Part shown: piece by piece, positions 10,589 to 19,618 of the stretch
Layout: every line of letters starts with the position of its first letter
Position numbering within the stretch: position 1 is the first letter of the stretch
Assembly (NCBI GenBank): GCA_049646905.1
Contig: JBARWP010000293.1
Location: 1 to 61,979, forward strand
Source of the DNA: Pseudaminobacter sp.
GTDB lineage: Bacteria > Pseudomonadota > Alphaproteobacteria > Rhizobiales > Rhizobiaceae
Length of the DNA: 61,979 nt
Direction: 5' to 3'
The notes under the pieces: generated by a model
The model's database searches: none
What the model was told of the DNA's origin: nothing
Seen by the model: only the letters and a program-made list of their open reading frames with translations
Position numbers and translations under genes: made by a program

Positions 10589-11475
10589 CCCGGATCCTCG
10601 AAACCTCATCCCCTTCGACCGAAGCCCCGGATTCGTCCGGGGCCTTTTTCGGGCGCAGCGCCGACAACATGCTCGTCGCTCTCGTCGGTGAGCATGCTTT
10701 CGCGATGGTTCCCGCTCGCGACGGCCGGCACTATCTCGCCAGCGGTTGGCGGATTCGCCGGCCCATGGCGGAATGGATCCGGGTAGATTTCTACGGCCAT
10801 TCCGGCGAGATTGCCGACGAACCAGCCTTTCGAGCGAAGGTGCTGGAACAGGCCCAACATCAGCGCGAGAAGCTGGCGCTCGACCGGCGCGAGGACCGGT
10901 CCCTGGCGCATACTCCATGGGGACCGTCACAGGGAGCAACCATCTACGCGGACGGTGTCACCTTCTATTCGACTGCCGGCCACGGCGGTTTCCATGTCTC
11001 CCCGGACCGAAACCGGGAAGTCCACCCTCTGCTCCGCGCCACTGACGGCTGGTACGAAGAGGACGAATGCTGGGCGATAGTCGCCATCTCCTTTCCGCAT
11101 CTGTTCACCGCCTTCGAGCGCCGCTGCGCCGAGCGGACCATCAAGGACTCCTGGCCGGACGCGTGGGAGACGATCTTCGGCACCACCCTTGCCGCGGGCG
11201 AGTCCCGCGCGAAGGACCAACGTGCCTTCGAGCTGGAACATGCCGCCGATTGGATCGTCGTTTCAGCGATCACGTCGGACCAGCAGAAAGGGTTCGTCGA
11301 GTGCGTCGCCACGCCCGGTGGCAAACGCGGCCCCGGCACCGAGGAACGTCGCTTCCTCGTCCCCGCCGGCGAATACGACAGCGGCCGGTTCGGCTTCGTC
11401 ATCGACCCTGCCCGTCATGCCGTCTATGCCGGTCCGTCGAGCTTTATTGGCTGGCGGGGGAGGGGGTCGCCATGA
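10585..11475 (+). CDS. DUF7007-like conserved plasmid protein
   Basis: ATG 10585 overlaps the previous stop. Motif TPWG...STAGHGGF...WYEEDECW. Confidence 0.7.
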   Translation: MTRILETSSPSTEAPDSSGAFFGRSADNMLVALVGEHAFAMVPARDGRHYLASGWRIRRPMAEWIRVDFYGHSGEIADEPAFRAKVLEQAQHQREKLALDRREDRSLAHTPWGPSQGATIYADGVTFYSTAGHGGFHVSPDRNREVHPLLRATDGWYEEDECWAIVAISFPHLFTAFERRCAERTIKDSWPDAWETIFGTTLAAGESRAKDQRAFELEHAADWIVVSAITSDQQKGFVECVATPGGKRGPGTEERRFLVPAGEYDSGRFGFVIDPARHAVYAGPSSFIGWRGRGSP

Positions 11476-11807
11476 CCCTCGCGCCGAAGCTGCGCCGTCA
11501 GCTCTCCCGCATGGAGGAGGCGCGCAGGCAAACACAGCGCCAGTTGGACATGGTCGACCGGCAGATCACGCGCCGGATGACCGCGCTGATCCCCGGCCTG
11601 CTGCCACGGCGGACGCACTATCGACGCGGCAAGGCACCCGATCCTGGCGCGTTCCTCGAGCGCTACCGATCTCAGCTCTCAGCCCTGACCGCAGAGCGCC
11701 AGCCGGAGATCGACGCATTGTCGCGCAGGCTCACGCGGCAGGAGCAGGCGATCGCCAGATTCCTCGATCGGCAGGGCGAAGCCGCTGACATGAGCGAGCA
11801 GGTCTAG
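11472..11807 (+). CDS. Hypothetical coiled-coil protein
   Basis: ATG 11472 is ATGA-coupled to the upstream stop; helical, charged sequence. Confidence 0.65.
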   Translation: MTLAPKLRRQLSRMEEARRQTQRQLDMVDRQITRRMTALIPGLLPRRTHYRRGKAPDPGAFLERYRSQLSALTAERQPEIDALSRRLTRQEQAIARFLDRQGEAADMSEQV

Positions 11808-12267
11808 CGACGCCGCTGTTCAAGCGACAGGTGGCGTTGCCGATGATGCCGCATGCGGCAAGCACACGAGCGACATTGTCGTGATGGTGGCAGCGGCAGC
11901 GATACGGCAGGATCGACACCAGCGATTGGCAGATGGTCATGACCGCCTGTTCTTCGGTTCCCATGTCGAAATCGAGGTCCCGTGCCGGTCCTCCCTCGGG
12001 CTTTAGGCGGTCCTGAACCGGCGGCCGTTCGCTTCAAGGCCGCGTTCCGCGCCGCGGGGCGGCCGGATCAAACCGGTCTCGACATGGCAGGCCCGCGTCC
12101 TGCGCGAGGGCTGAAGGGCGCCCTGCTTGGCCGCAAACCTACCATGCTCGCCTCGGTTCGCCCGGACCCTGAAGCGCCCGTCATACCGCCGGTTCTGTCG
12201 GTCCGCGCCCGAGGGAGGGCCGGCACGGGCCGGTCCGAGCTTCGGGAAACCGAAGAAGGAACATGCC

Positions 12268-12855
12268 ATGACCAAGAAAAACGCCAGTTCCCGCTCCAGC
12301 GCCCGCGTCGTCCCGCTCCGCAAGGGCACCACGATCCAGATGGTCCGGCTCGCCTGCCCCGATGCCGCACAATGCTCCCTCATCTCCGAGAGCTTCGGCC
12401 TGCCGGTCCTCGACAGCGACGGCATCCGCGAGCTGCACGAGAAGCTTATCGTCGACACGGCCGCAGCACTCGACGAGGGACTTGGCGAACGCGCCATGCA
12501 GATCCACCTGCAGCGCATCGTCGGAGCGTATGTCGGCTCCGCTCATGGCGCCGGCCAATTCTACAGCCGCTCCGTGACCGAGGCGCGCGATGCGACGGCC
12601 AAGGCCGCCTGCGATGATCGCGACGAGGATGTCGGTGGCCCGGTCGGCTTCGACAGCGCCGCCCAGCGCAAGCGGGAGTTCGCCGCGGACATGGCGCTCC
12701 AGGCCCACGCGCTGGGCATGGCCGCCGAGGGCGCCGTCAATGCTTACGAACAGGTCGTCGGCGAGGTCTGGAAGCCCTTTGAACGGCCGGTGGAGAACCC
12801 CGGGCAGAGCGTCGATCGCAAGGCAGCCGACCTGCAGATGGCGGCTCTCGGATGA
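12268..12855 (+). CDS. Conserved plasmid hypothetical protein
   Basis: ATG 12268 after GAAGGA; good codon usage; preceded by a long structured intergenic region. Confidence 0.75.
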   Translation: MTKKNASSRSSARVVPLRKGTTIQMVRLACPDAAQCSLISESFGLPVLDSDGIRELHEKLIVDTAAALDEGLGERAMQIHLQRIVGAYVGSAHGAGQFYSRSVTEARDATAKAACDDRDEDVGGPVGFDSAAQRKREFAADMALQAHALGMAAEGAVNAYEQVVGEVWKPFERPVENPGQSVDRKAADLQMAALG

Positions 12856-12954
12856 GCATCATCTCGGGCGGGGCGATAGCTCCGCCCGAGATGATTGCTG
12901 TCCCAACTCTCCGGACCTTCGCTCCGGTTATTCGCGTGGGTGCATCACCGCTGT

Positions 12955-13235
12955 TTAGGCTATCACCGAGTCGACAGGGCGTCGCGGCGCGTAGGGCATC
13001 GTCGGCCCGTAGCCGAACCGCATCACCATATCGGGCCGCTTGTCCTGTGCGCCGACGAGCGCGGCCAACTCGGGCCGCAGCCGTGCCACCTCGACTGGCT
13101 GGTTGACGTAAGCATGTTTGAGCTCGAGGCTGGTGGCGGTGAGCGCGAAGCGCTGGCAGGCGCGCCCGACCCTGATCCAGTGCGCCTTGTCCGCGCGGCC
13201 GCCCCGCTTCTGTGCGAATAGGCCCGGGTCATCGG
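12955..13235 (-). pseudogene. C-terminal fragment of an Acg-like FMN-binding nitroreductase
   Basis: WIRVGRACQRFALTAT...NQPVEV..LR..L...RFGYG....APRRPV is the Acg/nitroreductase C-terminus; the N-terminal part is absent. Confidence 0.7.
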
Positions 13236-13438
13236 ACGCCACTCTTTGTGGGCAGTCCAATCCCGCTCTCTCGTGATGGCTTTCCTGGTGCGGCGGCGGA
13301 TCTTCCACGATCAACCCGCAGGGGGTCCGCTAGCAAGCTGCGGCCGCTCGGCTTCGCCTTCGCGGTGATCGCGCCCGCCGCCGCACACTGACGGAGCCAT
13401 CGAGCGGGATTTGGCCCGCTCCAAGATGGAGCCCTCAG

Positions 13439-13624
13439 ATGTCCCACGATCTCACCCTCGCCCAGAAAGCCGCCTGGCACCTCGCCCGCACCCTCATGGC
13501 CCCCGTGGTTCTCTTCCAGGTCGACGACGAATTCGGCGTCCTGCCCGCCGACGAGCTCGACGACGCCGACGTCGAAATCCTCTTCGAATACGATCCCTAT
13601 AGCGGCGGCCGGTCGGTTCACTGA
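13439..13624 (+). CDS. Small acidic hypothetical protein
   Basis: 61 aa with RBS GGAG; follows a structured intergenic element. Confidence 0.65.
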   Translation: MSHDLTLAQKAAWHLARTLMAPVVLFQVDDEFGVLPADELDDADVEILFEYDPYSGGRSVH

Positions 13625-13865
13625 ACCGACCTCTCCCCCGTCCGCATCGAGGCGGCGCTCGGCGCCGCCTCTCTTCTTTTCTCGCCTGCTCCCGCCCCCG
13701 TCGTGCCCGTGGTCCTGGCGGAGCCAGGCAGTCAGCGCAACGGCGTTGCCGTCCTCCGCTCCCGCTGCGGCCCTTCGGGTGCGCGGCCCGCCTTCCTGCT
13801 CCGCCGCGGCGGACCCCGTGACGGGGCCGCGATCGGCGCGGCCTCCAGAACCGTAGGTTCATAAA

Positions 13866-14801
13866 ATGAGCAGAAAAGAAGGAAAAGGACCGCGCATCGA
13901 CATCTACGCGCGGATCACCGACCGCATCGTCGCGGAGCTCGCGAAGGGTGTCCGGCCCTGGATGCAGCCATGGCATTCTGCCAATGCCATCGGCCGCGTT
14001 ACGCGGCCGTTACGGCATAACGGTCTGCCCTATAGCGGTATGAACGTGCTGCTGCTGTGGTCCGAGGCGATCGCGCGCGGCTTTGCCAGTCCGATGTGGA
14101 TGACGTTCAAGCAGGCGCTCGAGCTCGGCGGCGCCGTCCGCAAGGGCGAGACCGGCTCGATGGTCGTTTTCGCCAGCCGCTTCACCAAGACCGAAACGGA
14201 TTCCGCTGGTGAGGAATTCAATCGGGAGATCCCATTCCTCAAAGCCTACTCGGTCTTCAACGTCGCGCAGATCGACGGCCTGCCGGACCATTATTACGGG
14301 CGCAAGGCGGAACCTGTTCGCGATCCGATTGTGCGCATCGAATATGCCGATCGCTTCTTCGCCAATACCGGCGCGATGATCCGGCATGGCGGCGATCGCG
14401 CCTACTTCTCGCCGGCAACCGACCACATCCAGATGCCGCCGTTCCAGACGTTCCGTGACGCCGCGGCATATGTGGCGACCCTGAGTCATGAAGCCACGCA
14501 TTGGACTTCGGCGCCGCATCGGGTGAACCGCGACCTCAGCCGCTACGCCAAGGATCGCAGCGAGCGGGCACGCGAAGAACTGATCGCCGAGCTCGGGAGC
14601 TGCTTTCTCTGTGCCGATCTCGGTATCGTGCCGGAGCTCGAGCCGCGTCCGGATCATGCGAGCTATCTCGATTCCTGGTTGAAGGTGCTCGCCGACGACA
14701 AGCGGGCGATCTTCTCGGCCGCTGCTCACGCGCAGCGCGCCGTCGCCTTCCTGCACGGCCTTCAGCCGGCGGCGGCCTCCGAAGAACGCGAGGCCGCCTG
14801 A
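13866..14801 (+). CDS. ardC: ArdC-family ssDNA-binding antirestriction protein (DUF1738 + zincin-like)
   Basis: IY.RITDRI...PW..PW, YSG.NVL.LW, W.TFKQA..LGG.VRKGE, VFNVAQ, HE..HW, EELIAE. Confidence 0.93.
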   Translation: MSRKEGKGPRIDIYARITDRIVAELAKGVRPWMQPWHSANAIGRVTRPLRHNGLPYSGMNVLLLWSEAIARGFASPMWMTFKQALELGGAVRKGETGSMVVFASRFTKTETDSAGEEFNREIPFLKAYSVFNVAQIDGLPDHYYGRKAEPVRDPIVRIEYADRFFANTGAMIRHGGDRAYFSPATDHIQMPPFQTFRDAAAYVATLSHEATHWTSAPHRVNRDLSRYAKDRSERAREELIAELGSCFLCADLGIVPELEPRPDHASYLDSWLKVLADDKRAIFSAAAHAQRAVAFLHGLQPAAASEEREAA

Positions 14802-15190
14802 TGTTCCACGAATCCATCATCGTCGGGGAAGGTGACGCACCTTCCCCGATCCGCTTGCGCGCCCTCTCGCTCGGAGTGCAGCCGCCACGAAGCCATCGAG
14901 CTGTCGCGGCTCTGCGCGGCGCGGCCTGATCTGTCCCGCGTGACGTTGCGCATGTGGCGCGCCTTCGTCTTCCCGGCGCTGTGTCAGGAATGCGGTTTTC
15001 GTCTGGGCGGTCAGCTATCAGGATGCTGCGATCCATGCCGGCAACCTCTATCGCTTCGACGGCTGGGTGCAGCCCGCCACATCGCAGGGGCATCGATCCG
15101 GGGAGGAAAGGTCGCCGTAAGGTGGTCTGGGGCTGGCGCGACGAGGCCAGCGAGCGACGGCGGCGTCGTGCGATCGGGCTGGTGGCCAGT
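14801..15190 (+). pseudogene. Degraded chimeric remnant: about 27 codons of a PP-loop/PAPS-reductase-like gene joined to a frameshifted Mom-like (GNAT) gene
   Basis: MFHESIIV...IRLRALSLGVQ, then across frames AIELSRLCAARP...WRAFVFP / WAVSYQDAAIHAGNLYRFDGW / GRKGRRKVVWGW. Confidence 0.55.
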
Positions 15191-15709
15191 TCCGACCTCG
15201 GCGCCGTCCACCGCCATGATGTCCGTGACTTCGCGCACGGTGCACTCATCAGCCCATGAAGGCAGGGCCACATCCCCGCGGGGACGTTGCCGAGCCCTAT
15301 GTCGCGGAGCATGTGACGCTGCTCGGCGGCGCCGGCACCCAAGGACCTCATCTTGATGTCAGCCCGCCGGGGCAGGGTCACCGGGTTTCAGCGATCGGCC
15401 GCGTCTCGCGGGTCAGGATTCCCGGAACGGCGCGAATGCCGGCAGTGGAAACGGCTGTGTCAGTCCCGCCCCATCTGAGCTGCCGGTGGATCTATCCCTC
15501 CGAAACGAAATGAGCCCCTAAGTCCATTCGGTTTCCGCACGCAACCCCGCGCGGCGGCGGACCGAGTTGGCGCTTCGCGCCTGCCCGCACCACTCCTTGC
15601 CTTGGGGGCGAGCCGTCGCGTCCGCTCCGGTTGCAGGCGTCTCCCGCCGTCCTTGGCCGGGTCTCGTTCGGAGGGACGGTCCCCCGGACGAGCAAGATGG
15701 AGACAGGAA

Positions 15710-16108
15710 ATGACCAACATCGTTTTTCTCGCCGGCAACATCGGCAACGACCCCGAAATGGTGAACACCCGCGGCGGCACCAAGATCACCGACTTCCGGC
15801 TGGCGACCTCCCGCCCGAGGCGGGCCGACGGCAAGGTGGTCAAGGGTGAGAACGGCTACGCCGAGCAGGACACCGAATGGCACCGCATCAAGTGCTTCAA
15901 CGGCCTCGCCGAAACGGTGCAGAAGCACTGCGTCAAGGGCATGAAGGTCGCGGTACGCGGGCGCATCCACTACACAAGGTGGACGGACAATGACGACATC
16001 GAGCGCTTCAGCTCCGAGATCGTCGCCGACGCCATCGACTTCCTTGCCTGGCCCAAGCGCGACGGCGCCGGCAACCAGACCGAGATCGACGACGAGATCC
16101 CGTTCTGA
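15710..16108 (+). CDS. ssb: Single-stranded DNA-binding protein
   Basis: MTNIVFLAGNIGNDPE...TEWHRI...KGMKVAVRGRI; acidic tail DDEIPF. Confidence 0.95.
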   Translation: MTNIVFLAGNIGNDPEMVNTRGGTKITDFRLATSRPRRADGKVVKGENGYAEQDTEWHRIKCFNGLAETVQKHCVKGMKVAVRGRIHYTRWTDNDDIERFSSEIVADAIDFLAWPKRDGAGNQTEIDDEIPF

Positions 16109-16171
16109 GCCCGGATCGGATGGCCCCGCCGCGAGGCGGGGCCACCCCTCATGCAGAAAGGAGCACCGAGG

Positions 16172-16441
16172 ATGTGCAAAGTTCTCAATGCCCGCACCGT
16201 CGGGAAAGCGCCCGCTCCCGGGCGCGTCTATATCGGGCGGCCGAGCAAATGGGGAAATCCCTTCGTCATCGGCCGCGATGGTTCACGCGAGGAGGTCATC
16301 GAGAAATATCGCGCGTGGCTCGCGTCCCAACCCGAGTTGCTCGACGCGCTCGACGAACTCCGCGGCCGCGATCTGGTCTGCTGGTGCGCGCCGCAGGGGT
16401 GCCACGGCGACGTGCTGATAGAGCTCGCGAACCAGGCCTGA
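16172..16441 (+). CDS. DUF4326-domain protein
   Basis: VYIGRPSKWGNPF...LRGRDLVCWCAP..CHGDVL; RBS AAGGAG. Confidence 0.85.
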   Translation: MCKVLNARTVGKAPAPGRVYIGRPSKWGNPFVIGRDGSREEVIEKYRAWLASQPELLDALDELRGRDLVCWCAPQGCHGDVLIELANQA

Positions 16442-16455
16442 CCTCTTCGGCCCCG

Positions 16456-16734
16456 TTACGCCGACGGGGCCGTTTCTGCATGCCGAGCGCCAAATTTGGG
16501 TCGATAGCCGCGGCGCCGCTTGGCGCGCAACAGTTCCAGGAAAAGGCCCACGGCCTCGCCCTCGTCATCGAAGGAGTGCTGGACCATGCGGCCGGTCGTT
16601 CCGATCCGACCCCATCGGCGCACGAGGCAGGTCTGCCCGAACAACGTCGCTTCGATCGACAGCGCATAAAACCGGGCCATGTTCCGACTCGCGTCCATGC
16701 GTTCGATATAGAGGCGATAGCGTTGCGCAACCAT
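16456..16734 (-). CDS. WGR-domain protein
   Basis: RNMARFY.L...TLFG...LVRRWGRIG..G...KRRRGY. Confidence 0.85.
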   Translation of the reverse strand: MVAQRYRLYIERMDASRNMARFYALSIEATLFGQTCLVRRWGRIGTTGRMVQHSFDDEGEAVGLFLELLRAKRRRGYRPKFGARHAETAPSA

Positions 16735-16947
16735 GCCAACAAGATCGCGCAGGCGGAGTCCGCCGTCCAATGACAGCTTTGAATCGCTGAACCCGGATCG
16801 ATTCATTCTCGTGATGGGTCGTTGGACCGGCACACGCCTGAGGAGCCGAGTTTGACAACATCGGCTTCCTGCCAATTGATGGTTCGCGAACCGGAGCCTT
16901 CAATTTCTCGACGAACTCGGCCCACCGGAAACGAGCCGCCAGAGCGG

Positions 16948-17225
16948 TCAGCCGTTCAACGCATCCTTCACCGCCTTCGCCGGCGCGAAGGCGAGCTTTC
17001 TCGATGCGGCGATTTTGATCGTGGCGCCGGTCGACGGGTTGCGCCCCTCACGCGCCGGCGTGTCCTTGACCTTGAACTTGCCGAAACCCGGTATGCTGGT
17101 TTCCGCCCCCGATCGGGCGGCGTCCGAGATCTCCTTAAACACGCTTGCCACGATTGCCTTGGCCTGCGCCTTGCTCAGGCTCTGCTCCGCGGCAATCTTG
17201 TCGGCGATTCGGTTGTCGTCGTCAT
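16948..17225 (-). pseudogene. HU-family DNA-binding protein with a 1-bp frameshift near the 5' end
   Basis: C-terminal GFGKF.V...PAREGRNPSTG..IKI.AS...F...KA.KDALN. ATG 17225 has an RBS but spans 278 bp; restoring one A (GAA ATC) gives MTTTTEIADKIAAEQSLSKAQAKAIV. Confidence 0.8.
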
Positions 17226-17712
17226 GATCTGCATATCCTCTCTTGCATCATCCTCGCCTACCTATGGCAATCACAACATGCCACTGGAACTCACGGAGCG
17301 CGGGGGTTTCGTCGGCAATCCACTGGAAATAGCCGCGGATACCAATTCCAGGATCTTCCATGCTCTGACAAGAGGCGGATGCACACCAGCAGCTTCCGAA
17401 ATCTCCAGGCGGCATCTCTTCTCACCGCGCGCTTGCGCCACGTCAGCGCCTGAGCTTCAGCCGTCCAGTTCGTCATATTCCCCGTAGCCCCATAGGGGTC
17501 GTTAGCCCGCGTCACGATGATCGAAGCACACGCCGTTGGTCGACCAGTTAAGGTCTCGACGATGTAGCCGACGAACTCCTGGAGTTGACGAAATCGTCGC
17601 AAACGGCGCGTCAAGCGCGAAGCCGGTTTATCAACCGCGTTGTAGGTTCCGTCCGCATCGGCGGGCAGAATGCCCCGTCGATGTTCCCCAAGCCCCCGTG
17701 ACCGTGGCTTGA

Positions 17713-17780
17713 GCGCTGTCAAGGTCGCGAGGATCTGCGCCGCAGATCAGCGCGCCGCGAAGCGGTTGCCTTGACAGCGC
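17713..17780. repeat. 12-bp perfect inverted repeat containing TTGACA, with an internal hairpin
   Basis: GCGCTGTCAAGG (17713-17724) and CCTTGACAGCGC (17769-17780) enclose GATCTGC-GCC-GCAGATC. Confidence 0.7.
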
Positions 17781-17789
17781 GAAACGCGG

Positions 17790-18113
17790 TCACAGTTTCG
17801 GCAGGCGCTCGACGTGCTTCTCGAGAAAATCGTTGACCGCTTCAACATAGTAATCGTTGACCCGCCTGCCTTCCGAAGCAGCGAGCAAGCGCAGGCGCCG
17901 CTTGTCTTTGGCGGCGACGTAGATGGTCGTCGGCTCCTTCTTGTCATCACGGAGCGATTTTCCGGCGACAGGATCGCGCTTTTCGCCCTCTTCCTTCACC
18001 TTGCGGATCTCCGTGCCGCTCAGCTCCAGTTTCGGGCGATTGATCTTGGGAAGCACAGCCCGGGCTGGCTGCATCACGCTCAGCAGGGCATCCTTTTTGC
18101 CGTTGTCGTCCAT
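17790..18113 (-). CDS. Ribbon-helix-helix partner of the ParA-like ATPase
   Basis: C-terminal TTIYV....KRRLRLLAA.EGR.V.DY..EAV.DFL pattern; directly downstream of the parA-like gene. Confidence 0.7.
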   Translation of the reverse strand: MDDNGKKDALLSVMQPARAVLPKINRPKLELSGTEIRKVKEEGEKRDPVAGKSLRDDKKEPTTIYVAAKDKRRLRLLAASEGRRVNDYYVEAVNDFLEKHVERLPKL

Positions 18114-18117
18114 CTCG

Positions 18118-18804
18118 TCACTCCGCTGCGGCCGACCGGTTTGCCTCAGTCACATACTGGACAATCTCGGCAAATATCGCCTCGGATTCGACTATCGCCT
18201 TTGGGTCCACCCGGCCGCCCGCGTAGAGCGTCGCGCCGGTCTGCATGTCCTTGTAAGCAATGCGGTAGGGCATTTCCTCACCGGCAATTCGTGTACCGTC
18301 TTGCTGGATGATCTCCCGCAAGTCAGCAAGCGCCCTTGCCCGCTTGTCGATGACGGTGTTGTTCGTGAAGACATACATCACCGGCAGGGCAAAGCCGCGG
18401 TTCTCGGCGACCAGGGGAATGTGGCCGTTCACAAGCTGATGAGCGGCGGTAATGTCGTCCATGGCAAGATGCACCGGCACGACGGCGACGTCGGCAGCAA
18501 AAAGTGCTGCGGTCAGTTCGTCATTGGTCTTGCCTTCGGTGTCGATGATGACCAGCTTGCCTTGCCTGTCCTGTTCCTGGGCGAGCGCGAGGATGTCGGT
18601 GGGCGTCGTGACTGCCACGATCTCCAGATTTGGGGGCTTGTTGCCGAAGCGATCGAGCAGCATGGACCAGCGATCGATGTTCTTGCGCTCGTCGGCGTCA
18701 ATGACAAAGACGTTGTGGCCTTGGTGCGTAGCGACACTCGCCAGGGCACGCACGAGCGTGGATTTTCCAACGCCGCCTTTTGCCACGGCAACAGTGATGA
18801 TCAT
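18118..18804 (-). CDS. ParA/VirC1-like ATPase
   Basis: MIITVAVAKGGVGKST (deviant Walker A), IDAD, IIDT; divergent from mobC across oriT. Confidence 0.88.
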   Translation of the reverse strand: MIITVAVAKGGVGKSTLVRALASVATHQGHNVFVIDADERKNIDRWSMLLDRFGNKPPNLEIVAVTTPTDILALAQEQDRQGKLVIIDTEGKTNDELTAALFAADVAVVPVHLAMDDITAAHQLVNGHIPLVAENRGFALPVMYVFTNNTVIDKRARALADLREIIQQDGTRIAGEEMPYRIAYKDMQTGATLYAGGRVDPKAIVESEAIFAEIVQYVTEANRSAAAE

Positions 18805-18893
18805 CAGGGTCCGTCCTTCGCTGAAAGCGCTATAGCGTTCTGATTTATAACGTTGCGGCGCTGCAACTTTCAAGCAATTTGATACTTTAATTT

Positions 18894-19036
18894 ATGACGC
18901 TGCACGGCCATGCCATCATGATGTTATGCCGCCATGAATTGCAGCGTTGTGCCGTCATGACGCTGCGCCATTGTGACGGTGTGTCGCTGTACCGTTGTGA
19001 CGGCATAGAGTAATACCGCTATAGCGCTAAAGCATC
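18894..19036. repeat. Degenerate tandem array of 8-bp units (consensus about RTGNCGNY)
   Basis: In-register units such as gtgccgtc atgacgct gcgccatt gtgacggt gtgtcgct gtaccgtt gtgacggc ... ataccgct atagcgct. Confidence 0.65.
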
Positions 19037-19139
19037 CATCAATTATAAAGAATGCTTGTGCAGCGGCGCAATGGTTAAGGCATGAATTGCCCTGACGGTG
19101 GCAAATGTCTTTATCTTGTTTTTCCCCCATGTTTAAGTT

Positions 19140-19185
19140 ATTTCTTCTTTGGCAGGATAGCGAGATTTGTGGAACAAATCCCTTT
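19140..19185 (-). other. Putative oriT with nic site (MOBP type)
   Basis: The minus strand reads IR(GATTTGT-TCC-ACAAATC)-TCGC-TATCCTG^CCA. The plus strand has TGGCAGGATA at 19150-19159, directly upstream of mobC/relaxase. Confidence 0.8.
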
Positions 19186-19237
19186 TGCGCGCCCGCTTTG
19201 CGGGCTTAGTTTGGAAACATGGGGGAAACACAGGACC

Positions 19238-19618
19238 GTGCCACGCCAGGGCGTCAGCTACGGAGAGGTCGTCAGGTTCCGGGTCAGCGCCGACGAAAAG
19301 GCGGCTCTCGCCGCTGTCAGCGAGCGCGAAGGAGTGCCGGAATCCGAGGTCATCCGCCGTCTTTTGCGCGCGGAGACGGGGCTGTTTCTGCCGGTCGCCG
19401 ATGTCGATCGACCGGCGATCGAGAGACTTCAGGAGCAATTGCGCAAGATCGGCGGCAACCTCAATCAGGCCGTCCGTGCCATGAATGCCGGCCGCGTCGG
19501 CTACGAACCAGCGCTCGCCAAGAGCCTCGCGGCGCTGCTCGGAATGATGCAGCCGATGAACAAGCGGCTCGCCGAAATGGCGCGACCAGCCCGGGCACGA
19601 CGGAGCCCGGATCAATGA
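19238..19618 (+). CDS. mobC: MobC-like relaxosome accessory protein (RHH)
   Basis: VRFRVSADEK..L...SEVIRRLL...LRKIGGNLNQAVR; ATGA-coupled to the relaxase. Confidence 0.85.
   Translation: MPRQGVSYGEVVRFRVSADEKAALAAVSEREGVPESEVIRRLLRAETGLFLPVADVDRPAIERLQEQLRKIGGNLNQAVRAMNAGRVGYEPALAKSLAALLGMMQPMNKRLAEMARPARARRSPDQ

Noticed and set aside
11731..11964. 77-aa Cys/His-rich minus-strand ORF
   Set aside because: It overlaps the 3' end of the 11472 gene and has no recognisable family; plausible but unsupported.
17291..17722. 143-aa minus-strand ORF
   Set aside because: The TTG start lies inside a hairpin arm, and there is no recognisable motif or RBS; it cannot be supported as a gene.
18894..19036. 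CRISPR array or small ORF
   Set aside because: Units are 8 bp, contiguous and degenerate, without spacers or cas genes; the ORF over it only reflects the repeat.
19150..19175. A true T-DNA border
   Set aside because: Only the first 10 nt match. No second border, oncogenes, opine genes, virA/virG or virE were recognised, so it is interpreted as a conjugative oriT.
19219..19614. N-terminal extension making the relaxase 920 aa
   Set aside because: It fully overlaps mobC in another frame; ATG 19615 coupled to the mobC stop is the more plausible start.
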